Shown: positions 49,001 through 58,844, counted from the stretch's first letter. The stretch: 64,000 bases of DNA from an uncultured Candidatus Saccharibacteria bacterium (GCA_964479945.1 CAYZNS010000002.1:13172-77171), one strand, 5' to 3'. Notes: generated from the letters alone by a model not told the origin. Numbers and translations: made by a program.

Positions 49001-52000
49001 AGTCTCTTTTGTATCTCGATTATGCACAAACACATCGCCAAGACCATTTGTATCACCGGAAACAAGCCCCGTAGAAAAAGAAAGGAATGCCACAAACTTG
49101 CCATTGGCGCTGATGGCCGGATAAAAACTTGATGCTCCAAATCCCTGACCACCGCTTGAAGAAACGCTCACGCGGGTTGTTGTTCTGGTCTCTCTATCGT
49201 GAATAAAGATATCCTGCTGTAAGTTGGTATCACCCGTAACCAAATTTGATGCATCAGAAGCAAAAACAATATATCGCCCGTCGGCGCTCAAACTCGGCGT
49301 CTGACTCACGCCATTTGACTGACTACCACCGTCGGCTATGCTCACGCGGGTTGTTGTTCTGGTCTCTCTATCGTGAATAAAGATATCCGACATGCCATTG
49401 GTGTCATCTGACACAAGGTTGGTTGCTGTTGAGCTAAAAACTATATATCGCCCGTCAGCGCTTATTACTGGTACATCATCTGTTGCTGGTGATGGACCAT
49501 TTGCCTGTGTGCCGTCATTTGCTACATTCACACGGGTTGTTGTTTTGGTTTCTCGATCATGAATGAAGATATCTGACACGCCATTGGTGTCATCTGATAC
49601 CAAGTTAGTGGCTATTGAGCTAAATACCACATACCGTCCATTACTACTTATAGCGGGGCCGCCGCTACTTATATTGTTTCCCTGCGTGCCATTACTTGAT
49701 ACACTTACGCGGGTCGTGGCAGGCGGTGTGATATAAATTGCGGCGCTTGATACGGTTGGCGCAACTGTGATACTAAAGTTCTCGGTGTCACTCAAACCAT
49801 CCCTATCAGAAACTTTGGCAGTAAAATTGAAAGTGCCAGATGTAGTAGGATTGCCCGAAATGCTTCCCTGGTCATTAACGGTGGTAAGCGCAAGGCCAGC
49901 CGGAAGCGCGCCGGCCGCAATGCTCCAGGCAAACGGCGGCGTTCCGCTTTGCACAGAAATTTTTGCGCTATACAGTGTTCCAACTGTTCCGCCTGGTAAC
50001 TGTGCAAAGACAATTTCAGGAACCGGCTGCGGGGCAGTTGTTGTTTGCGTAGAAACTGGCGCAGGAACCGGTCCGTTGGAAAATACCGCGCCGCGTGCAA
50101 CAGAAAGAACAGCACCTCCTATTTCTACATGGGGAATCAGTTGATTAACAAAACCTCCCCATGCGTAACTCCCCGGGCCGTCAGTAATCAGTGCCCAGTT
50201 GGCGCCGGAGTCGGATGATTTATACAACCCATCGCCTTGGCATGTGGTATAGGTAATCGCGTACATCGCTTCGCTTTCAGCGCTACCCAAAACTCGACCG
50301 TTTTGGAATGAAACTGGCAGCGTTCCTCCCCGAATCCATGTAGAGCCGTGATCCATTGAAGTATATGCAACAAGATGTGTTGATCCCCGTTCTACTGTTC
50401 CGCCAGTGTAGGGATCTTCTGGAATTTTCCCGATAAAGAACAGTTGTCCATCTTTATTTTTAGCAATTCTGTACTGGTGGGGATTGCCGCCCCAGTAAAG
50501 ATACGCGCTGAACGTTTTTGTCAAGGTTCCATTGATCCAGCGATAGATGCCGCGGTACTGCTTTGAATCGCTTACTTGTATATCTTCTGAATCCATAAAT
50601 ACCAGTGCGCCATCGTCCGCCTCCACGATGGATTCTAACCATCTGGAATGCGTGAATAATTTCTGCCACGTTGCCCCGCTATCGGCGCTGCGATATACCT
50701 CGGCAGTGCCATAGAGTGAGAGACCAACGGTGGCGACAAGCACGTTGTCTCGCTGCACAAGAAGATTATTCACTACTACGGAATCGGACGGCGAAAGCGC
50801 AGACGGCGGCTTTTGCACGAATATCCATGTGGCGCCACCGTCATTACTTTTCCAAAGTCGCGAGCCGCCGGCAAATAACACACCATTTTTATCCTCTGCG
50901 AGGGAGCGTATAGAATCATAGGTGCGATTCGGGTCAGATACAACATAGGGGATATTCACCAATGTCCACGTTTTCCCGTTATCAGATGATTTGCCGATAA
51001 CTGGAACTTTCGCGGTTATTGTTCCCGCGCTGTCTTTTACTGATTTCACTCCGCCCGCGATTAACGCGCCGTTTTTAGTTTTGATCATGTCTGCCATGAC
51101 GATATTTTCCAGATTATTTTTTGTTGAATCGCTTGTAGAAAAATTCCATGTTGCCGGATCCCATCCCGTTTCAAAACTTCCTACCCATTGAAAGTCGGGG
51201 GTAGCTGGACACGTAAGGATTGCCGTGGACGATGCTGGCGCAATTGTGATACTAAAGTTCTCGGTGTCACTCAAACCATCCCTATCAGAAACTTTGGCGG
51301 TGAAATTGAAAGTGCCAGCGGTGATAGGATTGCCTGAAATGCTTCCTTGGCCATCAACGGTGGCAAGCGCAAGGCCAGCCGGAAGCGCGCCGGCCGCAAC
51401 ACTCCATGTAAACGGCGGCGTTCCGCTTTGCACAGAGATTTTTGCGCTATATGGTGTGCCAACTGTTCCGCCTGGCAACTGTGCAAAGACAATTTCGGGA
51501 ACAGGATTGTTTGCTACTGAAAACAAAATAGGATAATCATCCGTGTTGACGTTGCCCGCGCTATCCTGACATCGGACATTATATCCAAATCCTGTTGGGT
51601 ACGACGGACTTATCGACATCACCGATACAACCGAGGAATGAGATGTGGAATTCGTATTGGAAAATGTATTTGCCATTTGCTCATAACTTACCCCTGACGC
51701 ATCCGCAGAATATTTACAAGTAGCATTTTCATCAGTATTCAATGATATAGTGACGGATGTCGTGCCTGCGGGAAACGTGCCGGAAGGCGCTTCATTGAAA
51801 CGCACGGGAGGAGTGATATCCGTAGAAGGCGGCAGAACCGATCCGGTTATAGTGGAGGCAGAACCTGAAAACCAGCGAACGTGAACGGCGCTGTTTCCTT
51901 CAAAACAATATTGATATTGTTCTGACTCTGCAAGCGCTGTTTTCGTTTGTCCAAATCCTCGCAGACTGCGAGATTTACTATTTATGCATGCCTGAAAAAC

Positions 52001-52939
52001 ATTCTCTCCCGTTTTTGCCGCGAGTCCGACCACTCTCCCTGGAGTAACACGGTCAAAACAAGGCCGCGTAGTGGAACTTGCGCAATTACTGCCGGTAAGA
52101 CCAGAAAGCATTGCTCTGGTTTTAGGCCCCACAATGCCAACCGCCTCAATGCCATTCTTTTCTTGAAAGCGCTTTACGGCCGCTTCCGTCGCGGGCCCAT
52201 AAAACCCCGTTGCAAGGCCTTGGGGATAAACATTTTTATCTTGCGCCAAAAATTCCTGTAATTGTTTTACATCATCTCCGGTAGATCCGCGTTGTAATGT
52301 TCTCGTAAGCGCGAGTTCTGACATAGGAGATGCTGATCTTTGAATTCTTGAAACAACTTGCTGTTGAGATTGTAATTCCGCAACTTGTGTTTGTAATAAT
52401 TGGATCCGGTTTTGTAATTCTTTAGTAAGCTGTTCTTGAACTTCCCCGATTTGCGTTCGCAAGTTTTGTATTACTTCTTTTGTCTCTTGCGATGATTGCT
52501 GTTGGACAACTTCCGGTTGAATAACAGGAGACTGCGGACATGTATAACAAACTTCCGCTTTTGGCGAAGACCCAAGTTGAGTAGGTGTTGCTTCTTCCGC
52601 CGGTGTTGCAGACTGATCTGTTCCCACATAAGGCTGTGCCGGAGTTGCCTGTTGCGCTGGTTGTGTGGAAGTAGGCGGCGTGCTTACCGGAAAAGAAGGA
52701 ACAATAGGAGTTATTTTTTTATCCGGTGTCGCAGGAGTTGCGGGAGTACTGGTTCCTCTCGCTGGTTGAGCAGGAGTAGCAGCCGCAAACAACGACAAAA
52801 AAGCCTGCTGTAAAGACGCAAGCTGTGATTGTAATTGTTGGATGGTATGGAAATCGTTATGATCCGCAAACGCGGCAATTGGCGAGAATGCTAATGCAAT
52901 AAAAAAACTGCTTGATAAAAAAACATGCTTTATCTTCAT
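46082..52939 (-). CDS. Giant modular surface protein (PG-binding, He_PIG-like Ig, BNR and TolB/PD40-like propellers)
   Basis: Signal peptide; LQRGSTGDDVKQLQ.FL...G.YGPATEAAV..FQ; GALPAGL Ig repeats; S.D.G.TW Asp-boxes; TTRVSV/ISADGRYV.F.S.ATNLV.DTNG repeats. Confidence 0.9.
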   Translation of the reverse strand: MKIKHVFLSSSFFIALAFSPIAAFADHNDFHTIQQLQSQLASLQQAFLSLFAAATPAQPARGTSTPATPATPDKKITPIVPSFPVSTPPTSTQPAQQATPAQPYVGTDQSATPAEEATPTQLGSSPKAEVCYTCPQSPVIQPEVVQQQSSQETKEVIQNLRTQIGEVQEQLTKELQNRIQLLQTQVAELQSQQQVVSRIQRSASPMSELALTRTLQRGSTGDDVKQLQEFLAQDKNVYPQGLATGFYGPATEAAVKRFQEKNGIEAVGIVGPKTRAMLSGLTGSNCASSTTRPCFDRVTPGRVVGLAAKTGENVFQACINSKSRSLRGFGQTKTALAESEQYQYCFEGNSAVHVRWFSGSASTITGSVLPPSTDITPPVRFNEAPSGTFPAGTTSVTISLNTDENATCKYSADASGVSYEQMANTFSNTNSTSHSSVVSVMSISPSYPTGFGYNVRCQDSAGNVNTDDYPILFSVANNPVPEIVFAQLPGGTVGTPYSAKISVQSGTPPFTWSVAAGALPAGLALATVDGQGSISGNPITAGTFNFTAKVSDRDGLSDTENFSITIAPASSTAILTCPATPDFQWVGSFETGWDPATWNFSTSDSTKNNLENIVMADMIKTKNGALIAGGVKSVKDSAGTITAKVPVIGKSSDNGKTWTLVNIPYVVSDPNRTYDSIRSLAEDKNGVLFAGGSRLWKSNDGGATWIFVQKPPSALSPSDSVVVNNLLVQRDNVLVATVGLSLYGTAEVYRSADSGATWQKLFTHSRWLESIVEADDGALVFMDSEDIQVSDSKQYRGIYRWINGTLTKTFSAYLYWGGNPHQYRIAKNKDGQLFFIGKIPEDPYTGGTVERGSTHLVAYTSMDHGSTWIRGGTLPVSFQNGRVLGSAESEAMYAITYTTCQGDGLYKSSDSGANWALITDGPGSYAWGGFVNQLIPHVEIGGAVLSVARGAVFSNGPVPAPVSTQTTTAPQPVPEIVFAQLPGGTVGTLYSAKISVQSGTPPFAWSIAAGALPAGLALTTVNDQGSISGNPTTSGTFNFTAKVSDRDGLSDTENFSITVAPTVSSAAIYITPPATTRVSVSSNGTQGNNISSGGPAISSNGRYVVFSSIATNLVSDDTNGVSDIFIHDRETKTTTRVNVANDGTQANGPSPATDDVPVISADGRYIVFSSTATNLVSDDTNGMSDIFIHDRETRTTTRVSIADGGSQSNGVSQTPSLSADGRYIVFASDASNLVTGDTNLQQDIFIHDRETRTTTRVSVSSSGGQGFGASSFYPAISANGKFVAFLSFSTGLVSGDTNGLGDVFVHNRDTKETTRVSITNSGLQSTGIAGPSSLYAPSISSDGRYVTFVSSASDLISGDANGVGDVFVHDRVAKTTTRVSVSSMGGEGNGHSVNTTISADGRYMVFESYASNLIVGDTNSQPDIFVYDRETKRTSRVSISDSGQQGSAAHIFGDPAISADGRFVAFASAFSNLVPGDSNLKGDIFFHERLPAGVVGKEYRAALTAVNGVAPLRWSVKVGSLPSGLALDSSSGVISGMPSIAGVAEFTVEATDGRSVIGSRVLAIEIAGAPIVASLSSAPASSIMVLYPNSGELLMVDEMVTISWTSSGLVSKTVAIKILKDGNLFTTLGTKIPQNAESGTFSYTWSVPANMQNLTGFTIEISDSADPAIKDASDGPFRVGYAPASATWHNGWLPDTFIDRVNFTFATSSYPTVQSLRIYEKRPGDSAFNSVATFSLLVSWRCNSNVVSVTGWALDFGCGRSDPLGSLDQWTARRTSQFHSSTYLVGTYEYYVAAVDSSGNETILPPSGFARASSKIIKKYATPKVKIVSPSGAQTIGSPITFQWTLTSGWPVGTAPSYRIALYDSDTRQVYWQKFMYNYAPAGSITGSFVYDGPALDPAKKYIVLIDAGRIIMNQDSLAWDTYNAMPEVVTTIWIDSTALTTSTLSITTTNLPAGAWGISYFGVNQDGSLRSVALSATGGVAPYQWQIVGGNFPNGLKLAATGQISQWPLVVPGTYTFTAGVTDSAGASATKVLSIEVKSDQGGYWGGSQYDSHRFVRSVRFGFDRTKFTDVRAIRLYEKKPGETQFALSGSFPLASTACGTSVTTDLNWSLGFSCRTDYEAWTATSRIFDYGNTVPIGEYSYYVAVVDSTGIETIISDMLHQHALSSTRIISPTSAFSPVLQPFTIQWTVPQSGWPAHWASTITAGYSIHVHEEVSRTQVYRSTVSVPISSQTGSKAYDGPILDPAKLYRVGAYYSYLGIDYANRARVNYLTMTENPTTFLVNP

Positions 52940-53102
52940 ATTAAAAAGAAACCGCTACCAACTTTGAGGCGACATGCATGGTCATTACATTATAGTAATA
53001 AAATTCGACGTTTTTATAATACCACACGCCTGCAATTTAAATTTATATTCCTGTGGATAAAATTACGGTACACTATAGACATTACATTATGAAATAGCAC
53101 TC

Positions 53103-53138
53103 TGACGACCCGAACGCTAATTGGCGTTCGGGTCGTCA
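53103..53138. terminator. Strong GC hairpin after the nuclease gene
   Basis: TGACGACCCGAACGC-TAATTG-GCGTTCGGGTCGTCA. Confidence 0.55.
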
Positions 53139-53152
53139 AAGCACAATGAGCG

Positions 53153-53932
53153 CTATTTCATACTGTGCGTTCTATATATCTCTACAGAAGCAGTTGCCTC
53201 CCGATATTGGCAATAGTCGCATCCCTTTCTTTGAACAGGCATATCATCCGAATCTAGACATAGCTTGATGTCTCCAAGCATTCCTTCAACCCATCCGTCA
53301 TCTCCGGTATAAGGAATAAGTTTTACATCAAACTCCAGCTTGCCGTCAAAAGCGGCGCGGTCTGTGCGCCCGTTGCAGTACACAAAATACCCCGTGTCAG
53401 ACACTAAGTGTTTGACATTACCATGCCGCAGGAGCCATTGGTATATTTCCATCTGCCGCTTGTAGCCCATCTGCCAATCGGCATCTATATTCACCTCCGC
53501 ATCTTTGGCGGTACTTTTATAATCAACCACGATCAGTTCTTTTTTTGGGTTTACCCAGATGTCATCTACGGCGCCCGTAACCAAAAAGTTTGTCGGCTTG
53601 TGCAAAAACTGCACGCCCTTAAAATTCTCCCGCCATTCGTCCATCATTTCGTGCTGAAATGGCACCGCGTCCACGCCATAATGTTCCATCAAAGGGTGCT
53701 TGGTATTTGCCGCGCGATGAATGTCAAATTCTTTTTTTAAAAGTTTGTCCACCGCGGAGTTCAGATTAAATGGAAACCCGGGTGGGCGTCCGATACCCAG
53801 CCGCCGGTCCAGATAAAAACACCGTGGACACTCGATGTAAAGCTCAATTTTGGAACGCGAAAGCTTAAACGGCTCGCTGCCGCCCGGCGCATACACATTC
53901 CTCGTCCGGTTTGCATGGTAGTATTGGGACAT
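53153..53932 (-). CDS. PD-(D/E)XK RecB/Cas4-like nuclease
   Basis: CPRCFY, GAVDD, VVDYKST, QMEIY, CDYC. Confidence 0.85.
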   Translation of the reverse strand: MSQYYHANRTRNVYAPGGSEPFKLSRSKIELYIECPRCFYLDRRLGIGRPPGFPFNLNSAVDKLLKKEFDIHRAANTKHPLMEHYGVDAVPFQHEMMDEWRENFKGVQFLHKPTNFLVTGAVDDIWVNPKKELIVVDYKSTAKDAEVNIDADWQMGYKRQMEIYQWLLRHGNVKHLVSDTGYFVYCNGRTDRAAFDGKLEFDVKLIPYTGDDGWVEGMLGDIKLCLDSDDMPVQRKGCDYCQYREATASVEIYRTHSMK

Positions 53933-53940
53933 ATTCGTAA

Positions 53941-54456
53941 TCAATGATTTTGTTCTTCCTTGAATTCAAAACCTTGAAATATCGCATGCATGCGCTGCAA
54001 CAACGCATGCATCAAAATAAACTCCTTTTCAGAGGCGGAAGAAAGCCGCGCGGTGATGGCGTGATATTCATGTTCGTCCAACATTCCACTGCCAAGATAG
54101 CCGCCAATTTCGCGTTCAATACGTTCCCATGTAATCGGTTCTTGCTGAGGAATAAAATAATAATCTGGCATCGCTTTTGAGAGCATTTCGGATGCTTGCA
54201 CCCAAAACAATGGGGAGGAATCCGGCAGAGAGGATTGCGTATCTATAATTTCTTGTATTCCTTCTTTTTCACGCGTTACACCGCGTATATATGTCGGCTG
54301 AATGGAAAGCAAAATTTTCTCAATCGCGGCATACCTATGCTTGTCAGTATTTTTTTCAGCAAGAAAAAAGTTGCCTTGATTACGTTTTATTTTCGCGGCA
54401 TAGGCGCCTGACTGTTTTTGAAACACAAAAATACAATTCATATCAATATTCATCAT
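53941..54456 (-). CDS. Hypothetical protein
   Basis: Co-oriented ORF overlapping both neighbours. Confidence 0.5.
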   Translation of the reverse strand: MMNIDMNCIFVFQKQSGAYAAKIKRNQGNFFLAEKNTDKHRYAAIEKILLSIQPTYIRGVTREKEGIQEIIDTQSSLPDSSPLFWVQASEMLSKAMPDYYFIPQQEPITWERIEREIGGYLGSGMLDEHEYHAITARLSSASEKEFILMHALLQRMHAIFQGFEFKEEQNH

Positions 54457-55474
54457 CTTCCGGCGTTATTGACAGTCTGTCCGCCGGTGGAATTTCGAGT
54501 ACATTTTTGTTTTCTTCACCATATATATGTATCTCAGATTCCACACGCGGATCCCACGTCTCGTCATTTCCCATCTCACGCAGAAGGCGCACCATTGCCT
54601 GAAAGCGAGCAGGATGCTCTTGAGAAAACAAGAGGGGGGTGTGTATCGTATCAGCGAACGATACAGCAAAATCTTCAATAATTTTATCGTGTATATATTT
54701 TTCCCCAATTGCTGCCGGATAGGGCGATACATCTTTTTTTTCCTGCCGCATTGCGCCGAGCCATCGCGACGAAATGCCATCTACATCTTCCCCATGTACA
54801 ATATGACCGAGTTCATGTAAAAAAGTTTCCTCTTCCTTCCAAGGTGTATGTTCCGCCTTTGCCTGCGTGTATAATTGTATAATTTGTTGTTCCGTGCCAA
54901 ATCCTGTAACACGCGCGGCAACGGTACTTGTCTGAGCCCATTCCTCATTCTCAAAGTTCGCAATGTTTCCTGTAAGCTCCTCGGGGGTACCGGGCCGCAC
55001 TTCTATGGAATCAATCAGCCGCGACACTATCATATGCCGCAAACCCGGGCCGAGTTTTAAAAATATGTTTGCATAATCTTTGTCCTGCATATCACGTTCC
55101 GGAAATCGTTCTTTTCCAACAGGCGCTGCAACATCTATTTTCTCAAGCAATTTTTCCGTATGCTGCGTGCGGGTGACTTCATCAAGCGGATAATCATACA
55201 GCTGTTCGTGTGTAATACCGCTTGGATGTTCAACATCTGCCTTCTTCATAACGCCGGTTTCCGCGCCTATAAGCATAAGGGTTGCCAAGGCCGCATGATT
55301 CACTTTTTTATTAAACGCATGCCATCTTTTAGCCCACGGCGCTTTTTTGTGTTCAATGCGGGCGTCCTCCGCAAAACGCAAAATGCGCTCCTTTCTTAAA
55401 GGAAGAGAATCCATATCGGCAGAGGGTATATGTTCTACCGCATGTTGTGGCAACTCTTGATTACGCATATCCAA
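54443..55474 (-). CDS. Putative zincin metallopeptidase-like protein
   Basis: FLHELGH followed by SPY and EDFA.SF. Confidence 0.55.
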   Translation of the reverse strand: MDMRNQELPQHAVEHIPSADMDSLPLRKERILRFAEDARIEHKKAPWAKRWHAFNKKVNHAALATLMLIGAETGVMKKADVEHPSGITHEQLYDYPLDEVTRTQHTEKLLEKIDVAAPVGKERFPERDMQDKDYANIFLKLGPGLRHMIVSRLIDSIEVRPGTPEELTGNIANFENEEWAQTSTVAARVTGFGTEQQIIQLYTQAKAEHTPWKEEETFLHELGHIVHGEDVDGISSRWLGAMRQEKKDVSPYPAAIGEKYIHDKIIEDFAVSFADTIHTPLLFSQEHPARFQAMVRLLREMGNDETWDPRVESEIHIYGEENKNVLEIPPADRLSITPEDDEY

Positions 55475-55476
55475 AT

Positions 55477-56322
55477 TTACCGAATCCCCGTGTCGCAGGA
55501 TATGTCTGCCGTTATCCAGTTTTCATGAACAACGATCTCAACTTCCTCACACGCCGGAAACGGCGACCTGCCCATTGTACGCAAAACATAGGCAGTACCT
55601 GGGAGTTCAACGCGATAAAATCCATCTTCATCCGTAGAAACAGTTTTTATATATTCAGTACCATTTGCTTTATAAATGGCAATTTGAGTTTTGTATGGCT
55701 TATCCGCGCATTCTTCATCAGGAGGTTCCTTCACTACGGGACAGGTCGGGCCAAGTATCACGCGGCCTTCAATGCCAGAGGTTTGAAATTTCTGATCCCC
55801 ATCCCCCATCTCTTGCAAGCACCGTCCTATGGCTGCCGTCAGCGTCCAGCCGCACTGGCCGTCTGCCTGCCGCTCGCATACTGCCTGTTCATAGCATGCA
55901 TACTCCGCGCGATACTCGCATGTTGTGACAACATCGCCATCCGCGCATACCTGCCCGCTGCATCCCGTAACCATGCAGCCGCCCCGCTCGCGCCCGGTTT
56001 CTTCTATAATTTCCCCTTCGCCGGTATCTTTTTTTACACCGCTGTCTTGTTTCCCATCCTCCATCTTAGTTTCCGTGGTATCTTCATCCAGCTTTTCAAC
56101 AAATGTCCGCCCATCCGGCGTACGGCACTGCCGGGGGTGGGATTCCCCGCCTACTTGGCGGGCAGGCATTACCGGATATCCGGCAGCTTCGCAGTCTGCA
56201 AAATTTAAAACATCTGCCCCCTTGGGTTCTGTCCATAGCTCACCGCGCAACAAAAACCCTCCTACCAATAAAAGGATACCAAGACCAAGCAATATACATA
56301 ATCGCGTTTTAGAAAGATACAT
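55477..56322 (-). CDS. Membrane-anchored Cys-rich protein (eight-cysteine-cluster-like)
   Basis: NFADC.AAGYPVM..PRQC, GCSGQVC...TTCEY..EYACY..A.C....G.CGW, GPTCPV; start taken at MYLSK. Confidence 0.7.
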   Translation of the reverse strand: MYLSKTRLCILLGLGILLLVGGFLLRGELWTEPKGADVLNFADCEAAGYPVMPARQVGGESHPRQCRTPDGRTFVEKLDEDTTETKMEDGKQDSGVKKDTGEGEIIEETGRERGGCMVTGCSGQVCADGDVVTTCEYRAEYACYEQAVCERQADGQCGWTLTAAIGRCLQEMGDGDQKFQTSGIEGRVILGPTCPVVKEPPDEECADKPYKTQIAIYKANGTEYIKTVSTDEDGFYRVELPGTAYVLRTMGRSPFPACEEVEIVVHENWITADISCDTGIR

Positions 56323-56423
56323 ACTATTCGTATGGTAGCACAACCAGAATATAAATTCAGCCGCAGTGCTCTTGATAGTACTTGATTTTTTTGATAGCAT
56401 TCAAAATGAAAGGAGGTGGATGT

Positions 56424-56867
56424 ATGCATAAGCTTCATGGTACCGAATCACTGTTTCCCCATTTGGAACAGAAATACGCTAACAAGCGCTTCTATAATAC
56501 TTTAATCTTGCACTCTACGGCTAAAAAGGATCACGAATATGCGGTTTTAATATCTTCATCTCTCGAACATTTTAATATTCGCCATAAGCGCCAACAGCTC
56601 TCACCATTGGATCTTCTTGAGCCTGTTTCTTTCGATCGCGAGCGCGTGTTAATTGTCGCGCCAGCATCGTTGGCAACATTGCCAGAACAGCCAGCTATAC
56701 TTGTACGACTACAGCGCCTTGCGAAGCAGTTTAAGAAATTGGAAGAAAGGATGCTATTGGTGCTCCACCTTTCAAACGAATGGTGGATATACGAAAATGG
56801 TTTTATGCACAAATATGGGGAATTCACAGAATTTCTCGAAGGCGTGTTATTTGCGCTTGCGAAATAA
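56424..56867 (+). CDS. Hypothetical protein
   Basis: AAGGAGGT RBS and its own terminator (AAATGCCCG...CGGGCATTTTT). Confidence 0.6.
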   Translation: MHKLHGTESLFPHLEQKYANKRFYNTLILHSTAKKDHEYAVLISSSLEHFNIRHKRQQLSPLDLLEPVSFDRERVLIVAPASLATLPEQPAILVRLQRLAKQFKKLEERMLLVLHLSNEWWIYENGFMHKYGEFTEFLEGVLFALAK

Positions 56868-56929
56868 AACCATCTAAAAAGCGCAAATGCCCGGACCCTC
56901 GGGCATTTTTATTTTATTTGAAATGAAAT

Positions 56930-57280
56930 TTATTCCGCGCGATACGTTCTCTCATACTGCCCGCGGAACATATTTGCCAGCGAGAGTATTACGCTAAACA
57001 GCAATGCCCACCAAAAGCCTGACACATCAAAGCCCGGCACAATCCACGCCGCAAGCAATATCACCAGTGCGTTTATTACAAGCAAAAACAACCCAAGCGT
57101 GAGTATAGTTATCGGCAAAGTCAACACAATCAAAAGCGGCTTCACTGTCGCGTTGGCAAGCCCAATCACTATGGCCGCGCCCAAAGCCGCAAAATATCCT
57201 GCAACCGAAACGCCTGGCAGAACATAGGCCAGTATAAAAATAATGAAAGCGCTGATTATCCAATCCAGTAAAAATTTCAT
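56930..57280 (-). CDS. Phage holin family 4 / YvlD-like membrane protein
   Basis: VKPLL..LTLP..ILTLGLF..VINA, VPGF.V.GFWWA; start taken at MKFLL. Confidence 0.85.
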   Translation of the reverse strand: MKFLLDWIISAFIIFILAYVLPGVSVAGYFAALGAAIVIGLANATVKPLLIVLTLPITILTLGLFLLVINALVILLAAWIVPGFDVSGFWWALLFSVILSLANMFRGQYERTYRAE

Positions 57281-57351
57281 AATTATTATTGACTTTCTAT
57301 ATATTCTATGATACACATACCCCAAAATCTTTGTAAAGGGAGGATGAGAAT

Positions 57352-57933
57352 ATGGCAGGAAATTTTCTACTTGCTTCCAAAATGTATCGGGAAAATATGC
57401 CCATAGAGATACAACTACGTCAGCATTTCGTCTGCCGGTATCTCCCGGATACCTATACGCTCCCGCGCGGAAAAGCGGGAGAAGCAGCCATAGGAACAAA
57501 CCAGCTACTCGGAATCAATATAAAATTATCTACATATAGGATAGATATTCGTACAATATATAAAGCGTGGGAATACCTTTCCGCCAACTCGGAGCGAAAA
57601 CAAGAGATAGTGGAAGATATGCGGGGACGGCAACCCTCGGCGTCATCCGACAACTTCGGGATATGGTGCCTTTTACAGGACGATATCACGACACATATTG
57701 AACTCGATTGGGAAGTTGTAAAGCAGGAAACACAGCTGCTGGATCATGAAATCTTTTTATTGCATGAACGTGAAGAAAGTATGCAAGAAGAAGCTAAAGA
57801 TATCGAAGTGTTGCTGAATTCCATGCGCGCGATCTTTGAAGAAAAGTTCATACCTCTCCATCTGGAACTAGAACGCCTGCGGGAAGAAAACAAGCGTCTG
57901 CGCAACCGCTTGCGGCGCAGAAAGAAAAGTTAG
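57352..57933 (+). CDS. Hypothetical coiled-coil protein
   Basis: GGGAGG RBS, C-terminal heptads, downstream hairpin plus T-run. Confidence 0.55.
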   Translation: MAGNFLLASKMYRENMPIEIQLRQHFVCRYLPDTYTLPRGKAGEAAIGTNQLLGINIKLSTYRIDIRTIYKAWEYLSANSERKQEIVEDMRGRQPSASSDNFGIWCLLQDDITTHIELDWEVVKQETQLLDHEIFLLHEREESMQEEAKDIEVLLNSMRAIFEEKFIPLHLELERLREENKRLRNRLRRRKKS

Positions 57934-58289
57934 CATAGTGCCTTCAGCGCCGCGTGCACGCACCGGCGTTTTTTTTATTTTTTGCCCAGAATACCCTGCG
58001 GGTTGCCACATGGATGAATGGGTGCAAAAAAATAAATCCCGCCAACGGCGGGATCAATAACGGCATACCGCACTGCTTGCAGTGCGGTTATTGATTTTTT
58101 AAAGTATTACTATAAATCACGATCGTATATCATAGTAATACTTTTTAAATGATAAAACATATCTATTGACCTTTCACTATCCACTTAACAAACGTATGTC
58201 CAGTAAAATGCCTATTCTAAAGCATTTTTGAGAAGACAACCATGTTAAGCTGTTTATGAAAGCTCAATAGGACTTCGGAAGTCCTACTA

Positions 58290-58844
58290 TCAAAGAATTT
58301 TGCTTATTTTCTTTAATTCCCGCCGGATTGTTTTGTGGTTGGGAACCATGCGGGAAACAAGGTCCCAAAACGCGGGTGCGTGGTTTAATTCTTTCAGATG
58401 GCACAGCTCATGCACAATGATATAATCGCGCACGGCAGGCGGTAAAAACATAATCCGGTAATTGAAATTCAAGTTTCCTCTCTTGGAGCAACTTCCCCAC
58501 AATGTTCTTTGATTGCGGATAAAAACCGCTCCGTATGAAAATGCGTAAGCGGCATTCAAATGCGGCAGACGTTCCCGAATAAACGCCCGCGCCGCCTCTT
58601 TATGTTTGCGATATGCGCCAATACCGCTCGGCAATGCGTATATATTTTGTCGGCGCGCGGTTGCAAACGATTGCAGTTTTGAACGCACCCATGCCGACTT
58701 GCTCCGTAAAAACACTTCGGCTTCCCGCTTGCTGGCACGAAGAGGCAGAGTAACCATAACGCGCCCATCATAGTGCACCGCAAGGCGTATGCGTCTCGCG
58801 CGCCTGCTGCGCCGCAGTGTGTATGAAAATGATGTTTGCGCCAT
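58290..58844 (-). CDS. YgjP/DUF45-like zinc metallopeptidase
   Basis: WGSCS..GNLNFN, DYIIVHELCH..E.NH...FW. Confidence 0.9.
   Translation of the reverse strand: MAQTSFSYTLRRSRRARRIRLAVHYDGRVMVTLPLRASKREAEVFLRSKSAWVRSKLQSFATARRQNIYALPSGIGAYRKHKEAARAFIRERLPHLNAAYAFSYGAVFIRNQRTLWGSCSKRGNLNFNYRIMFLPPAVRDYIIVHELCHLKELNHAPAFWDLVSRMVPNHKTIRRELKKISKIL

Noticed and set aside
49766-51506. Diversity-generating retroelement TR/VR pair
   Set aside because: Both repeats are coding, mismatches are not adenine-specific, and no reverse transcriptase is present.
53153-53932. CRISPR-Cas system suggested by the Cas4-like gene
   Set aside because: No repeat-spacer array or other cas genes seen in the window.
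55447-56208. Long antisense ORFs such as this 253-aa one
   Set aside because: They overlap well-supported genes on the opposite strand and lack motifs.
56930-57280. Second prophage indicated by the holin-family gene
   Set aside because: YvlD-like genes are common in chromosomes and no phage genes are nearby.
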